Both the position numbers and the translations under genes were made by a program. This document shows positions 1-8,717 of a stretch of DNA of 22,157 nt, piece after piece (position 1 is the first letter of the stretch; every line of letters starts with the position of its first letter). Below the pieces are notes generated by a model, which was not told where the DNA came from, searched no databases, and saw only the letters and a program-made list of their open reading frames with translations. The DNA is from Candidatus Krumholzibacteriia bacterium (GTDB taxonomy: Bacteria; Krumholzibacteriota; Krumholzibacteriia; WVZY01): assembly GCA_036478295.1 (NCBI GenBank), contig JAZGDW010000186.1:1-22157 (forward strand), in the 5' to 3' direction.

Positions 1-2
1 TC

Positions 3-1613
3 CAGGACAACTTCGCGGCGGACGGCACCAAGACGGGGACGGTACGCATCGACGTGGCCCTGGACGTTGCCGTGACCGGGGACCCCAAGGTCGTCCCCGG
101 CGACCGGGCGGCGGCGACGGTGACGGCACCGGTCGTGGGTCTGGATTACCACCTAAGCGGTGATCCCGCCAGCGGCCCCGCCGTGTACTGCCATGTCAAG
201 GACGTGTCACCGTTGAAGTCCGGCGCCGCCATTTCCGGGGATCTCGCCCTGTGGCCGGTCGTCGCCACCGGCGGCGGATGGACGGTGCTACGGTTCGACA
301 GCATCGTTAGTGGTGCGGGGAACATCGTTCCCGACCGGTACTGGGTAGACCTCAACGACAACCTCTTCACACCCGGCGACACGATTGTTTATTACTTCTC
401 CGCGCGGGACAAGAACGCCAACGTTACCTACTGGAGTCTTCTGACCGGCACCACCGATGAAGCGCAAGTACTCGTCGCGCCGATGGAGGTCACCTGCCTG
501 CCGGCGAACGCCCTCGGCGGCGCCACCGACATTCTCTACATCGATGACTTCGATAATCACGGCGCGCAGCTTTTTTTCGAGACGGCCTTCGAGATGCTCG
601 GTGTCACGCCGGATCGCTACGACGTGCTGGCGCCGACTTCGCTTCTGGGTAACGGGCCCGGCTCGCGCGTGGTGGATGTGGCGCAGCAGCTTGCAGCTTG
701 CTACAAAAAGATCATTTGGAACTCGGGGTCGCTCAGCGCGGGGACGCTCGGCGACGGTACCGGGAATCCGGACAAAGCGGACGATCTGGGGATGCTCTTT
801 GCGTTCCTCGACCAGAGCCCCAACCGGCCGGGACTCTACATCTCGGGCAATGGTGTTGCTTCGGACTGGTTTTCACTCACCGGTGCGAGCGCGGTTGCGA
901 TGAGGAGCACCTACATGGGCTTCAGCCTGGTGGATGCCAGCCATTCGGCGGTCGGTGAACCGCTGGCGCCGGTCGTGGTGGGCGCCTCGGGCTCGCCCTT
1001 CGACCACCCCGGCGGCCCCGACAGCCTCATCGCGCTCGGTGGCTGTCCGGTGATCAACGACTTCGATGTGCTGGTACCGGTGGGAACGGCAACTTTGGCG
1101 ATGAGCTATTCGAATAATCCGGCCCACGGGGCGGTGCTGACGCAGGTGACGCAGAACGCAGTGGGGGATACGGCGCGGGTCGTGCTGTCGGGTTTTAGCT
1201 ATCACAAGATCCGTGACGACCGCACCCGGCCGCCAGTCCTGTTGGACCGCGTGGAACACCTGCGGGACATTCTCATGTGGCTCGACAACGTTGTACTCGT
1301 GCCGACGGGAGGCCCCGATACACCGGCGCCTATGAACCACCTCGCCCAGAATTACCCGAACCCGTTCAATCCGACGACGACGATTCGTTATTCGATCAAA
1401 GACAATGGGCGGGTGAACCTCCGCGTGTACAACGTGGCGGGGCAGCTGGTACGCATACTGGTGAACGACGTGCAGGCGCCGCGGGCGGATGGTTTCGCGG
1501 TGACGTGGGATGGCCGGAACGAGGCGGGCACGGCGGTCTCGAGTGGGGTCTATTTCTACAAACTCGTCACACCGGGGTTTGTCCGGACCCGCAAGATGGT
1601 TCTACTCAACTGA
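3..1613 (+). CDS. Secreted protein with C-terminal FlgD-Ig/T9SS type A-like sorting domain (5'-truncated)
   Basis: The frame is open from base 3 (QDNFAADGTKTGTVRIDVALD...), so the true start lies upstream of the window. The C-terminus LAQNYPNPFNPTTTIRYSI...VYNVAGQLVRIL...WDGRNEAGTAVSSGVYFYKL...RKMVLLN is the typical FlgD-Ig/Por-secretion tail. Confidence 0.88.
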   Translation, partial: QDNFAADGTKTGTVRIDVALDVAVTGDPKVVPGDRAAATVTAPVVGLDYHLSGDPASGPAVYCHVKDVSPLKSGAAISGDLALWPVVATGGGWTVLRFDSIVSGAGNIVPDRYWVDLNDNLFTPGDTIVYYFSARDKNANVTYWSLLTGTTDEAQVLVAPMEVTCLPANALGGATDILYIDDFDNHGAQLFFETAFEMLGVTPDRYDVLAPTSLLGNGPGSRVVDVAQQLAACYKKIIWNSGSLSAGTLGDGTGNPDKADDLGMLFAFLDQSPNRPGLYISGNGVASDWFSLTGASAVAMRSTYMGFSLVDASHSAVGEPLAPVVVGASGSPFDHPGGPDSLIALGGCPVINDFDVLVPVGTATLAMSYSNNPAHGAVLTQVTQNAVGDTARVVLSGFSYHKIRDDRTRPPVLLDRVEHLRDILMWLDNVVLVPTGGPDTPAPMNHLAQNYPNPFNPTTTIRYSIKDNGRVNLRVYNVAGQLVRILVNDVQAPRADGFAVTWDGRNEAGTAVSSGVYFYKLVTPGFVRTRKMVLLN

Positions 1614-1718
1614 GCCATCCGCACCCCTGGGTTGGCCGTGATGGGTACACCGGCCATTCATCCACAGCGCGCAATTCTGCGGAATCCTGCAGAATCTCAC
1701 ACCCCAAAGATCCCGTTC

Positions 1719-1748
1719 TTGCCATACGGGCGCCCTTTGTGGTACAAT
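1719..1748 (+). promoter_or_regulatory. Putative sigma70 promoter
   Basis: TTGCCA (1719-1724), 18-nt spacer ending in TGG (extended -10), TACAAT (1743-1748), upstream of the CDS at 1804. Confidence 0.6.
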
Positions 1749-1803
1749 GGGATACAACACTCAATCGGCCACACCTATGAGAAAGCACCAAGGAGCTATG
1801 GCC

Positions 1804-2196
1804 ATGAGAAGCGCCATCCTAATAGGCCTGGGACTGTTTGTCCTGGCCGGCACCAACGCCCACGCCGACCGTCTCGACCGAGACGGGAGAGTTCGTTACC
1901 AGAGCGACCGCCTGGAGCGCTACGGGCGCCACTACCGCGGACGGCCATACACCGTCCGGGGCAAGAAGGGCAGAAAGTACGCCCGCCGGTTCTCACTGGC
2001 GGAGAATCTCACGGGCGACAAACTGAGAATCTACAACGAGCACGGCTACACGCCGCACCGTTTGGGATTCAACGTCGCGGGCAGACGCAGTGAGCGCTGG
2101 AGGTATCACAGCCTCGGCGTGGAGTACGTCTTCGACGAGGACAGCAACCTCGTTGGCACGCATCGTTTCCCTCCAGTCGGGAATCATATCGATTGA
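1804..2196 (+). CDS. Small secreted Arg-rich hypothetical protein
   Basis: AAGGAG at 1790-1795 precedes ATG 1804 (alternative ATG 1798). Signal peptide MRSAILIGLGLFVLAGTNAHA ends in an AxA site. The C-terminal half has an RIY..G.P...E.W.Y....EYVFD pattern. Confidence 0.75.
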   Translation: MRSAILIGLGLFVLAGTNAHADRLDRDGRVRYQSDRLERYGRHYRGRPYTVRGKKGRKYARRFSLAENLTGDKLRIYNEHGYTPHRLGFNVAGRRSERWRYHSLGVEYVFDEDSNLVGTHRFPPVGNHID

Positions 2197-2280
2197 TTTC
2201 CGGTCTCGGCTTGTGAGAGCATTAATTCTGGAGTGCTTAGAGCAAGCCGATTGTGAACAGCATTAACCGAGGAATGGAGT

Positions 2281-3906
2281 ATGAGGCTCTCGCACAGAGC
2301 CTCTTTCCTTGTCGTGCCGAAAATCCTCCTGAAGAACGCCCACGTCTATTCGGCCTCCGGTGTTTTCCGTAGGGGAACGCTACTCATTTCCGGGGGCCGG
2401 ATCGAGGCGGTAGTCCCGGATGATCCCGCGGCGCCCGGGGATGCAGCGTCACCGGGTGGTAAGAGATCCACAGATCCCGCGTCAGCCGTCGATTCGCAGG
2501 GGGCGGATGCCACGTCCAGCAGCGCGATGGATCTCGAGGGTGGCTACGTCCTGCCCGGTTTCGTCGATACCCACCTGCACCTCACCTCCATGGCATTGAA
2601 ATCGCTGCGTTGCGACCTAGCCGGGGCCATATCCGCGGGGGACGTGCGCGACCGGCTGGCCGCGTGGTCGAGGGGTGTCGATGCTCCCCACGTCATGGGC
2701 GTCGAGTGGGATGAAAGCGAGTGGGAAGACGCCGCGTATCCCACGAGGGAGGCGCTCGATGCGGTCGATGCCAAGCGACCGGTGCTCGCCCGACGCATCT
2801 GCGGTCACGTGGGCGTGGCAAATACGGTCTTGTTGAGCCGTCTCGGCGAGCTTGCGGCGGGGCTGGATGCGCGGCTGGTCGACAGCGCGAGTGGGTTGCT
2901 GCGAGAGCACGCCCTTTGGGAAGCCGGACGCCTGTGCGCGCCGGACGCGGGCAGGCTTGCCGCGGGGTTCGAAGACGCCATCCGCGAGCTGCATGCGCTC
3001 GGCATCACGGCGATCCATGACATCGTCGGAACGGACAAGCTCGACGCCTATCTCAAGGGCATCGCGGCTTCGCGAGCGCCGCTTCGCATCGACATGCTGT
3101 TGGTGACCGAGCCGCGGGATTTTCTACGGTTCCGGAAAGTGGTTGAGGAAAAGGGCATTGAAGACCTTCGTCTGGTCGGTATCAAATGTTTTCTCGACGG
3201 ATCGCTCGGGGGACAAACGGCCGCGCTCAACCGGCCGTATGAGGCGAGCGGTGACAGCGGCGTGCTGCTCATCGACAGCGACGGGCTCCGCGACACCCTG
3301 CGGCAGTGTTACGACAACGACTTCATGTGTGCCATGCACGCCATTGGCGACCGCGCGATCGACCAGGCGATGGACGCGCTATCCGGCTTGCCACGGACGG
3401 CGACCCATTTCAGATTGGAGCACTGTGAAGTGGTCGGCACGCGGCAACTCGACGCCCTTAAGGAAGCGCCGGTATTCCTGTCTCTGCAGCCGAACTTCGT
3501 TCGCAAGTGGGGCGGGCCCGGGGGGCTGTACGTGAGGCGGCTCGGTGCTGGCCGCCACGCGCGGATGAACCCCTTTCGGACGCTGCTCGAGGCGGGTGTG
3601 AACTTTGTGTTCGGCTCAGACGGCATGCCGCCCGGGCCACTCTACGGACTTCGAGGAGCCACGCACCATCCGATCGAGCGCGAACGTCTCACGCCCGGGG
3701 AGGCGATCGACCGGTACACGCGAATACCGTATACGGTAGGTGCCCACCAGCGCCGCGCGGGGGTTCTCGAGGCGGGCCAGCGGGCCGACCTCGTGGTGCT
3801 TGACAAGAACCCGCTCGAAGCGGATGTTGAGAGCGTCCAGGTCCTGCGGACCATGATAGCGGGCCGGTTCGTTACGCCCCGAGCTACCGGGAAGGAGGGC
3901 CTTTGA
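2281..3906 (+). CDS. Amidohydrolase family 3 (YtcJ-like) metal-dependent hydrolase
   Basis: Motifs PGFVDTHLH, IKCFLDGSLG, HAIGDRA, RLEH, FGSD and G.LEAGQRADLVVLD. The start is either ATG 2281 (GAGG at 2269-2272) or GTG 2314 (MPKILLKNAHVY, the usual N-terminus for the family). Confidence 0.9.
   Translation: MRLSHRASFLVVPKILLKNAHVYSASGVFRRGTLLISGGRIEAVVPDDPAAPGDAASPGGKRSTDPASAVDSQGADATSSSAMDLEGGYVLPGFVDTHLHLTSMALKSLRCDLAGAISAGDVRDRLAAWSRGVDAPHVMGVEWDESEWEDAAYPTREALDAVDAKRPVLARRICGHVGVANTVLLSRLGELAAGLDARLVDSASGLLREHALWEAGRLCAPDAGRLAAGFEDAIRELHALGITAIHDIVGTDKLDAYLKGIAASRAPLRIDMLLVTEPRDFLRFRKVVEEKGIEDLRLVGIKCFLDGSLGGQTAALNRPYEASGDSGVLLIDSDGLRDTLRQCYDNDFMCAMHAIGDRAIDQAMDALSGLPRTATHFRLEHCEVVGTRQLDALKEAPVFLSLQPNFVRKWGGPGGLYVRRLGAGRHARMNPFRTLLEAGVNFVFGSDGMPPGPLYGLRGATHHPIERERLTPGEAIDRYTRIPYTVGAHQRRAGVLEAGQRADLVVLDKNPLEADVESVQVLRTMIAGRFVTPRATGKEGL
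2283..2310 (+). terminator. Intrinsic terminator-like hairpin (possible attenuator)
   Basis: Perfect 8-bp stem GAGGCTCT (2283-2290)/AGAGCCTC (2296-2303), loop CGCAC, followed by TTTCCTT. The U-tract is imperfect and the hairpin overlaps the ATG-2281 reading of the next gene. Confidence 0.5.
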
Positions 3907-3912
3907 ACCAGC

Positions 3913-3942
3913 TTGACATGAATGAAATAAGTTCCATAAAAT
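3913..3942 (+). promoter_or_regulatory. Putative sigma70 promoter for lat
   Basis: TTGACA (3913-3918), 18-nt AT-rich spacer, TAAAAT (3937-3942). Palindrome GGGTTAACCC at 3947-3956 lies near the expected start site. Confidence 0.65.
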
Positions 3943-3989
3943 GCTTGGGTTAACCCTTGGTTCAGGTGCTTCGAAGAGAAGGAGATTTC

Positions 3990-5324
3990 ATGGAAGAGGC
4001 TGTCGACGGAATCGGGTCGCCGGTCGAAAACTCGATCGAGACCATCGCGCGTCATATGCTCGTCGATGGTTTCCCGATGGTTATCGATCTGGAGAAGAGT
4101 CAGGGCTGCCGGCTGGTGGACGCGCGGTCCGGCCGGACCTATCTGGATTTCTTTATGTTTTTCGCCTCGGTGCCGATCGGCTTCAATCACCCGCGGGTGT
4201 CGGAGGAAGATTTTGTGCGGAGGCTAGGACGGGTGGCGGTCAACAAACCGTCGAACTCGGATTTTTATACGACGTACATGGCGGACTTCGTCGACGCGTG
4301 CGACAAGTACGCGATCCCGGAATACCTGCCGCACATGTTCCTGGTGAGCGGCGGCGCGCTCGGAGTCGAGAACGCTCTCAAGGCGGCCTTTGACTACAAA
4401 GTGCGCAAGAACTTTGCCAAGGGCGCAGCCAAGGAAACGGGCACGAAAGTGATTCATTTTCGCGATTCGTTTCACGGACGCAGCGGCTACACCTTGTCAC
4501 TGACCAACACCGACCCGGTGAAGACGGATTATTTTCCCAAGTTCGATTGGCCTCGCATCACGAACCCGGCGATCACTTTTCCGCTGGAAAACCACATGGA
4601 CGAGGTGGTCGAGTTGGAGAACAAGGCCAAGGAAGAGATCAAGGAAGCGATCCGCCGCCACGGGGACGATATCGCGGCCCTCATTATCGAACCGATTCAG
4701 GGCGAAGGTGGCGACAACCACTACCGCGCCGAGTTCTTCAGTTTTTTACGAGAAATCACCGAGGAACACGACATTATCTTTATCTGTGACGAAGTGCAAA
4801 CCGGTGTCGGTTTCACCGGAAAGTTCTGGGCGCACGAACACATGGGAATCGAACCGGATGCCATCGCATTCGGCAAGAAACTCCAGGTGTGTGGCGTGAT
4901 GGCGTCGAAGAAATTCGATGAGGTGGAAAGCGTTTTCAAGGTTTCGAGCCGTATCAATTCCACCTGGGGAGGTAACCTCGTCGATATGGTGCGGGCGACT
5001 CGCTACCTGGAGATTATCGCCGAGGAAAACCTGGTCGAGAACGCGCACAAACTGGGAGAATACCTCGTCGCGTCGATGAAGAAAGTCGCGGAACGCTATC
5101 CCGACCTGGTCACGAACATGCGCGGGCGAGGTCTCATGGCGGCGTTCGATCTGCCGCCGGACAAGCGGGATGCCTTCCGCGAGCAAGCGCAGAAGAACGG
5201 TCTCATAATCGTGGGGTGCGGCCCGCGAAGTATTCGCTTCCGGCCGCCGCTCAACCTGACGACGGCCGAGGCCGATGAGGGTATCGACATCATCGAGCGG
5301 TCGATCAAGCAGGTCGTGGCCTAG
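3990..5324 (+). CDS. lat: L-lysine 6-transaminase (class III PLP aminotransferase)
   Basis: AAGGAG RBS before ATG 3990. Motifs NKPSNSDFY, SGGALGVENALKAAFD, FHGRSGYTLSLTNT, EPIQGEGGD, DEVQTG, AFGKKLQVCG (PLP lysine) and SSRINSTWGGNLVDMVR match LAT as I recall it from Mycobacterium and Streptomyces. Confidence 0.93.
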   Translation: MEEAVDGIGSPVENSIETIARHMLVDGFPMVIDLEKSQGCRLVDARSGRTYLDFFMFFASVPIGFNHPRVSEEDFVRRLGRVAVNKPSNSDFYTTYMADFVDACDKYAIPEYLPHMFLVSGGALGVENALKAAFDYKVRKNFAKGAAKETGTKVIHFRDSFHGRSGYTLSLTNTDPVKTDYFPKFDWPRITNPAITFPLENHMDEVVELENKAKEEIKEAIRRHGDDIAALIIEPIQGEGGDNHYRAEFFSFLREITEEHDIIFICDEVQTGVGFTGKFWAHEHMGIEPDAIAFGKKLQVCGVMASKKFDEVESVFKVSSRINSTWGGNLVDMVRATRYLEIIAEENLVENAHKLGEYLVASMKKVAERYPDLVTNMRGRGLMAAFDLPPDKRDAFREQAQKNGLIIVGCGPRSIRFRPPLNLTTAEADEGIDIIERSIKQVVA

Positions 5325-5328
5325 CGCG

Positions 5329-5598
5329 TCACGAGTCCTTCTTCTTCTTCTTGTTCTTACCAGTGCCGCTGTCGGCAGTCTTGGGCTTGTCGGCGGCGGC
5401 GCTTTTCTTGTATGCGTCGCTGCGATAATCCGTGACGTAGAATCCGGTTCCCTTGAGAATAATGCCACCTCCGCCGGAGATGAGGCGCACCACCTTGCCC
5501 CGGCACTTGGGGCACCGCTTTCGCGGAGGATCCGTGATTTTCTGGTCTAATTCAAAGTGATGGCTGCACTTGCTGCATTCGTACTCATACGTCAGCAT
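5329..5598 (-). CDS. FmdB-family zinc-ribbon putative regulatory protein
   Basis: MLTYEYECSKCSHHFE...RCPKCRGKVVRLIS...ILKGTGFYVTDY is the CxxC-CxxC FmdB pattern. GGGAG RBS lies before ATG 5598. Lys-rich tail. Convergent with lat. Confidence 0.9.
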   Translation of the reverse strand: MLTYEYECSKCSHHFELDQKITDPPRKRCPKCRGKVVRLISGGGGIILKGTGFYVTDYRSDAYKKSAAADKPKTADSGTGKNKKKKKDS

Positions 5599-5850
5599 GT
5601 AACGGACTCCCTGGGGAACACGGGCCCGCGATCGAGCTCGGCGACTGCCGCCCTGAGCTCCAGTCGACGGAGGATACGCCGCCATCGGCCCGCGTCTCCA
5701 CATTTTTAATTGGTTATCGCAAAGGGCTTTTGCTAACGTACCTGTTTGAAGCAAGTACCTTAGCCGATGTGCGCCCGGTTTTGAAGCGAATTCTCACACC
5801 TGGAGCGCCTGAAGGGGGAGCGGTGCGGACGGCGCCGTTGACGCAACGCC

Positions 5851-6972
5851 ATGGCAGATATCCGTTTCGACAAGGTCCGGAAAGTTTTTGACAACGGTGT
5901 CGTTGCGCTGGAGGAGTTTTCTCTGGATATTCCCTCCCCGCGGCTCGTCGTACTTGTCGGCCCTTCCGGTTGCGGCAAGACCACGCTGCTGCGGCTCATC
6001 GCCGGTCTCGAGCGCCCGACCTCGGGCTCGATCATGCTCGGGGAACGCCGCCTCGACACCACCGACCCCCGCACGCGCGACGTGGCGATGGTGTTTCAGA
6101 ACTACGCGCTGTACCCCCATATGACGGTGCGCGAGAACCTTTCCTTCGGTCTGCATATTCGCAAGATGGCAAAGGATCTCATCCGGACGCGAGTGGATGA
6201 AGTATCGCGGAGTCTCGAGATTCACGATCTGCTCGAACGCCGCCCGGCGCAGCTCTCTGGTGGGCAGCGGCAGCGCGTGGCACTGGGTCGTGCGGTCGTC
6301 CGCGAGCCCAGCGTGTTTCTCTTTGACGAGCCGCTGTCCAATCTGGACGCGCGGCTTCGCGATGAAATGCGGTTCTTGATCAAGCAGCTCTACGAGAGAC
6401 TCCGTACGACGACCGTTTATGTGACACACGACCAGGTGGAGGCGATGACCATCGGCGAGCTGCTCGTGGTGCTGCGCGCGGGCCGCATCCACCAGGTCGG
6501 GTCGCCCACCGACTGCTACCGAAAACCGTGTGATACGTTCGTCGCGTCCTTTTTGGGCAGCCCGCCGATGAATCTGATGCACGCGACATACGACCTCGCA
6601 ACCCGATCCGTTCTCCTCGACAGCGGGGTGCGCTTTCCGGCGCCCGCGACGATGTCGGCAGCCCTGGAGCGCGCCGGCGAAGAGGCGCTCACGCTCGGCG
6701 TGCGGCCCGAAGACATGCGACCGGCTGAAAGCGGGGCGTTGTCGGGCGAGTTGTTGTTGCGGGGTCGCGTGATCCTGCGCGAGATCCTGGGCCACGAAAC
6801 GCTGACCCACCTGCGGCTCGGCGAGCAAAAGATAATCACCCGGGGTGCCGAGGCCGTGCCGGCGAAGTCCGATGGTACGGCAGCCATAGCGGTGGAGACC
6901 GGAAAGATACATTTCTTTTCCCGGACGTCCGGCGTGCGCATCGACGAAGAGGGCGCCGGCGCCCTCGCGTAG
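5851..6972 (+). CDS. Sugar ABC transporter ATP-binding protein (MalK/UgpC/MsmX family)
   Basis: Walker A GPSGCGKTT, Q-loop VAMVFQNYALYPHM, signature LSGGQRQR, Walker B/D-loop FLFDEPLSNLD, H-loop YVTHDQVEAM, and a C-terminal OB/TOBE region (LGVRPED). Confidence 0.95.
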   Translation: MADIRFDKVRKVFDNGVVALEEFSLDIPSPRLVVLVGPSGCGKTTLLRLIAGLERPTSGSIMLGERRLDTTDPRTRDVAMVFQNYALYPHMTVRENLSFGLHIRKMAKDLIRTRVDEVSRSLEIHDLLERRPAQLSGGQRQRVALGRAVVREPSVFLFDEPLSNLDARLRDEMRFLIKQLYERLRTTTVYVTHDQVEAMTIGELLVVLRAGRIHQVGSPTDCYRKPCDTFVASFLGSPPMNLMHATYDLATRSVLLDSGVRFPAPATMSAALERAGEEALTLGVRPEDMRPAESGALSGELLLRGRVILREILGHETLTHLRLGEQKIITRGAEAVPAKSDGTAAIAVETGKIHFFSRTSGVRIDEEGAGALA

Positions 6973-6982
6973 AGAGAGACCC

Positions 6983-7861
6983 TTGCGGCTCATCGTATTC
7001 CTCAACAAAATTTTTCGCCGGCCCGGTGTCGAAGGCCGCGAATCGGCGACCGCCGACGGCCCGCTGATTCAAACGTCGTCTAAGCAGGCGGAGGCGTACT
7101 GCGAATGGGAGTACCGGTGGGGAAAAGACCTCATTGCCGAGTATCTGGAACCATCGGGCGACCTCGCGGGTAAGAAGGTGTTGGATATTGGATGCGGGCT
7201 CGGTGGCAAAACCGCGGCGTATGGCGCAGGCGGTGCGGCCGAGATCCTGGGAGTCGATTTGTCGCTCGACAACATTGCGGCCGGCGAGCGGTTCATCCGT
7301 CGCGAGCCCCGTGACTTTCGCTGGGGGCTCTTCCTCGGGGACGCCGCCCGCCTTCCCCTCCCCGACGGGATCTTCGATACTGTGATCGCCAACGACGCCA
7401 TGGAGCATTTCGCCGACCCGGAGTCGGCGGTCCGGGAAATGGCCCGGGTGACGCGGGAGGGCGGTGCCATCTGGCTCTTCTTTACCCCGCACTTTTCTCC
7501 CCTTGGGTCGCACCTTTATGATTATATTTATACTCCGTGGTGCCATCTGGTTTTCCGGCGGCGGGATCTGCGCTCCGCTATCGCCCGTATTCTCGAGCGC
7601 CGGCACCCGGACCGATCCAAACGGGCGATCGAGAGCGACATGGTCCGGATCATGGATTCATTCGATAGGGACTTGAATCACATGAGCATTCGCCGCTTTT
7701 TTCGTATCGTGCGAAGCTTTCCCGAACTCGCCGTGTCCTTCACGGAACTCAAGCCGGCGAAGTACCGCTTTTTGAAAGTGATGACGGGAATACCGCTCGT
7801 TCGCGAGTTCTTTACCGGCACGGTGGTGTGCCGGCTGGAGCGCAGGAGCCAGGCAGTATGA
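6983..7861 (+). CDS. Class I SAM-dependent methyltransferase
   Basis: Motif I VLDIGCGLGG, then GVDLS, GDAARLPLPDGIFDTV, and EMARVTREGG. The TTG start is uncertain. The stop overlaps the next start (ATGA). Confidence 0.9.
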   Translation: MRLIVFLNKIFRRPGVEGRESATADGPLIQTSSKQAEAYCEWEYRWGKDLIAEYLEPSGDLAGKKVLDIGCGLGGKTAAYGAGGAAEILGVDLSLDNIAAGERFIRREPRDFRWGLFLGDAARLPLPDGIFDTVIANDAMEHFADPESAVREMARVTREGGAIWLFFTPHFSPLGSHLYDYIYTPWCHLVFRRRDLRSAIARILERRHPDRSKRAIESDMVRIMDSFDRDLNHMSIRRFFRIVRSFPELAVSFTELKPAKYRFLKVMTGIPLVREFFTGTVVCRLERRSQAV

Positions 7862-8712
7862 TCTCACGAGCATACGTCGAAAGGGACCGCACCATTTACT
7901 GGGGGCTGATGGCATCGGCTCTGGTCCATATAGTGATCCTCGCGCCCTTTGTGCACGATCTCGTGCCCAGCGAGTTCTTCGAGACAGCGGAACGACCGGT
8001 GATTACAGTCCCGCTGGAATTCGAGCTGGTCTCGCCACCGGGGAGACCCACGCCCAGTAGCACCGTGAGCAAGTACCTCTCCACCGTGAGTTCGCGGGCA
8101 AGCGACCTCGATGCGGCGGACGATGACAGTGCCCTTCCCAAGAGCGAGGGGGTCATTCCAATACCGGACACTCCCTCACCGCTGGAGGGGGTCGAGGGCG
8201 GAGGCAAGCAAGAGCTGCCGCCACTCCCCGAGGAGCAGACCGACCTTGGGGAGGCGTTCGAGCGCTCGAAGTTCACCACACTGTCCTCTCCACAACGAGA
8301 GAGGAGCCTGCCGGATCAAAACCCGGAATTCAAGAACCTCCGCTCGGCAAGAGCCTCGGTCGGCGGTATTTCCATCAACACCACGGCTTGGGATTTCGCG
8401 CCATATTTGTTAGACTTGAAGCAACGCATCAAACAGCACTGGATTCCTCCCCTGGCCTTCACGGCTCTGGGAGCGATCCATGGATATACGCGTATCAACT
8501 TCAGGATTTACCCCGATGGTACGATGGAGATGCTCGAGGTAATGGACTCGAGGGGGCACGATTCGCTTCACCGGGCGAGCCGCAACGCCATCCAGGGCGC
8601 GGCACCGTTCAGGCGGCTGCCGGGTGATTTCCCCGAAGAGTACCTCGACGTGATCTTCGGTTTTTATTATCTGCTACCGGGCGACGAAGACGAGTTTTTC
8701 AAAAGGAAGTAG
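7858..8712 (+). CDS. TonB/TolA-like energy transducer
   Basis: N-terminal TM helix with S-x3-H (MASALVHIVIL), Pro/Glu-rich linker, and a C-terminal TonB_2-like domain (YLLDLKQRIKQHWIPP...FRIYPDG...AIQGAAPFRRLP). Lies directly before exbB/exbD-like genes. Confidence 0.85.
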   Translation: MISRAYVERDRTIYWGLMASALVHIVILAPFVHDLVPSEFFETAERPVITVPLEFELVSPPGRPTPSSTVSKYLSTVSSRASDLDAADDDSALPKSEGVIPIPDTPSPLEGVEGGGKQELPPLPEEQTDLGEAFERSKFTTLSSPQRERSLPDQNPEFKNLRSARASVGGISINTTAWDFAPYLLDLKQRIKQHWIPPLAFTALGAIHGYTRINFRIYPDGTMEMLEVMDSRGHDSLHRASRNAIQGAAPFRRLPGDFPEEYLDVIFGFYYLLPGDEDEFFKRK

Positions 8713-8717
8713 TCTGG

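Noticed and set aside
2206..2250. Eukaryote-type SECIS resemblance (UGA/GA pairs, AA in the loop)
   Set aside because: The upper helix is too short, the context is bacterial, and no nearby gene needs in-frame UGA recoding.
3904..3964. Invertible promoter flanked by TGAACCA/TGGTTCA
   Set aside because: Only 7 bp, shorter than typical invertase repeats, and no recombinase gene is in the window.
5599..5754. N-terminal extension of the FmdB ORF to 5754
   Set aside because: The family begins at M.TYEY, and an RBS precedes ATG 5598.
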